Of a DNA stretch of 64,000 nucleotides, positions 61,501 through 64,000 are shown one piece after another. The DNA comes from a virus. The stretch is from IMG/VR virus record IMGVR_UViG_3300001688_000214; one strand, 5' to 3'. The notes below the pieces were generated by a model. It was not told the origin of the DNA and did no database searches. It worked only from the letters and a program-made list of their open reading frames with translations. A program made the position numbers and the translations under genes. The stretch's first letter is position 1; the number at the start of each line of letters is the position of its first letter.

Positions 61501-62139
61501 AATAGTATCAACTAATTGATAGTTTAAAAATTTCTAATAGTATACACTCTTAGCAATACTATTGGTGTCTATATGCAAGCATAAAAAGTCATTATGAGAT
61601 TTATCAATGGATATGTCGTTTATGGCTATGTATTCACTTTTAGTAAACATATCATAATAATACAATCTCTTCTAATCTACTGAAAGTTGAATATTTGGTT
61701 TGTTTTTGAATCTCAATACCGAAGGAGTCTTTTCAAAGGGATTGACATATACCAGTTTTTGATGCTTAATGTTGCCCTTTAATTTCCAATTAGGAGGAAC
61801 AGGAGCACCCTTATACTTAGCAATAGTTCCAATTACAACAAAGGTTCCAAATCCCACTGGATGACTCTAATCTATCTAGATGTAACATCTTATCATCATT
61901 TTCTATTTGTATTCAGTGACAACCACAGGTATGGAGCGATTATTTTTATCCAAGAAGAACACATTCAAGAATGTATCAGGTTGAAATGAATCTTTTTTAA
62001 TTCCTATTAGAAATGAATTCTTTCCCTTCCCTAGATACTCAGGCATTTCGGATACATATATGTATTCGTTATTGTAGTCTTCTACAAAGAGATTCGTATT
62101 GGTTAAGGAAACTAAGTCCTGATTATTTAATACTGTCAT
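58522..62139 (-). CDS. large virion structural protein, 1205 aa (TAG-recoded)
   Basis: frame read end to end: no TAA/TGA; GKNSFLI, VTSVN.MTGDV.L. Confidence 0.75.
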
Positions 62140-64000
62140 GGTTTATTCTGCTTATTCCATCCTTATACGTTACCTAAATTCTATCTTCTAATAATTCTCT
62201 CATGGAGTCCAAGTGTGATATAATAACTAAAGTTTCATATTTATCAGCAATAAATGCTAATATCTTGTTGAAATAACTGATATTTTCATAATCCAATACT
62301 CCAAATCCCTAATCTATAACAAACATTTTTGCTTTAGACCTATTAGTTATTGAAGAAAGAGCATGTCTAATAGCTAGAGATATTACAAATTTCTCAAATC
62401 CAGAGCAAGTCTAAACTAAATAGCTCTTATCCGGATACACTATGTTAATGTCTATTGACTTTCCATTCAAAATGAACTAAATACTAAAATTAGTGATCAT
62501 AGCTAATATGCGGTTAATCTATATCTACAATTCCATAATGATGTTAGAAATAATATAATATTGAACTCCCGTCCTTCCAACAATCATCTTGTAACGATCT
62601 AATATTTCCAATTCTTCTGAGAATTTGTTAAATGACCTCTTAGTCTTGACATTTTGTTTGACTATCTAATTATTAGAAGACTTAGTTATTTTACTAGTTA
62701 ATAACTTCTACTAAACAACCTTTTTTTGGCTCTTTAATTGAGTTAATTCCTACTATAATTTCAATATTTGTTCATTGAGACTTTTGTTGTTCTCAATTAG
62801 AATTTGATTGGAGTAGTAAGACTTTTGATTTCTCTAACTCTATTGCAATTTTTGCTTATACTGCATTAACTTTTTTGTTAATTCAGATTCTTTGGATAAA
62901 GTCTAAGAACGTCTCTTTAACAGCTAATTCTATATGTGAACAATCTAATTATCGTATAACCTTATATCCTCATCCAAAATTCTTTTCTTCTAAAGAGCCT
63001 ATTGCAGGCTATCAATTTCAGAGTTAATATGATCAATCTACTCAACAATATCCTAGAATAGCTATTTGGAATTGATTGCGTCTTGTGTTAGAGGATTATT
63101 CATGCAATAACTACAATTCTCATCATACTATAAGGATTCTAATAACTTCATTTTCTTACTAACTTCATTAAAATTGTAAGTTTTGTCTTGCAATGACCTT
63201 TCTAATTCCTTATACTTATTTTCTATAGTAACTAGTTCTTTACTCTATTTTCTCTTTTTCTAAATTTCAATCTTTTCTATTATGTCTTTGATTTCGGCTA
63301 TGCTCTAATCTAATTTAACTTTAGAAGATCGTAAGTCTTTCAATTCTTTGTTTTTCTACTAGATTATCTGTTTGTAATTTGCTATATCTGATTGAACTTG
63401 ATTGATATCTATTACTTCATCATCTTCTAGTTTTTTCTGCGATAACAAGTTCTTCATATTAATCTACAATGCATCTATCTTTTTAATTAAAATAGAAAGA
63501 TTCTATTCATCTTGTATTATCATCTAGTCCAAGTGTGAAATTTCCAAAGTCTTTTTCGTTATCAACTATAAAACCTTCTAAATGTTGATGTTATTTAGGT
63601 ATCCCTTGAGGTATTTCGATCTCTAATTAGCCTACTAATAACATCTATCGAATATTGATAAATTCAACAAGGAATTAAGCAAATTCTTTCTATTCGAATT
63701 AGTCGATTCTATGAAGGTATTGGTGTTGCCCTGAGTAGAAAAGAATGTGGATATGGCATCTTCGTATTTGCCGATATAATTCTGAATTGCTACATTAGTT
63801 GAAAATCTTTCAGTTCCAGATAAGTCTACAACATCACCTTCTTCTGAATAAGTGTAAAATTTGCAACGAACCGTCACTGATCCCTATTTAGGAGATAATT
63901 TACCGTGTCGTTCTATGATGTATATTTGTTCGTTAATGGATATAGTTAACTTTCCAAAGAACTAAGTCTTATTCTTATTCAATAATGCTGAAGCCTTAGA
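62123..64000 (-). CDS. SbcC/Rad50 (gp46-like) recombination ATPase, 5'-truncated by window
   Basis: Q-loop STQG, coiled coil with CSYC hook, CSGFEKF, VID[E]GFGVLD, IISH. Confidence 0.9.

Noticed and set aside
15499..64000. TAG=Gln (code 15)
   Set aside because: TAG occupies catalytic acidic sites (Walker B, (D/E)xK, EGIV) where Gln would inactivate; conserved Gln residues use CAA/CAG.
15499..64000. G-to-T sequencing or damage artefact (GAG to TAG)
   Set aside because: Would also create TAA from GAA and TGA from GGA and hit early genes; neither is seen, and paralogs share TAG positions.
23634..64000. Degraded prophage/pseudogenes
   Set aside because: Frames stay intact over >1000 codons with one stop type, coupled starts/stops and full motifs.
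15499..64000. TAG=pyrrolysine or TGA recoding
   Set aside because: TAG density and acidic context rule out Pyl; TGA terminates genes at expected ends (DnaJ, sheath, tube).

Overview
A 64-kb, AT-rich segment of a large T4-like (contractile-tailed) phage genome. Standout: in-frame TAG codons fill almost every gene from ~15.5 kb to the window end, on both strands, and repeatedly fall on conserved, often catalytic, GLUTAMATE positions (SbcC Walker B ID*GFG, PD-(D/E)xK I*IK, ligase-type *GIV, prohead protease G*CDHP, DnaJ AY*VLSD, S74 IAQ*V*, capsid L*N/WTQ*L). This points to TAG=Glu, not the TAG=Gln (code 15) known from crAss-like/Lak phages. Reading TAG as Glu turns the fragmented ORF track into complete genes: terminase, portal, protease, scaffold, capsid, neck, sheath, tube, tail fibres, amidase, bS21, DnaJ, dCMP deaminase, SbcC. 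The + strand early region (1-15.5 kb: CCA-adding enzyme, Apyc1-like MBL, Rnl2, DNA ligase, many small ORFs) has no internal TAG except in one inserted homing endonuclease, and shares a repeated promoter-like motif, suggesting a temporal code switch. No tRNA or release factor was found in this window. Recoded gene coordinates were derived by hand; [E] or * marks a TAG codon; family calls are motif recognition, not database searches.
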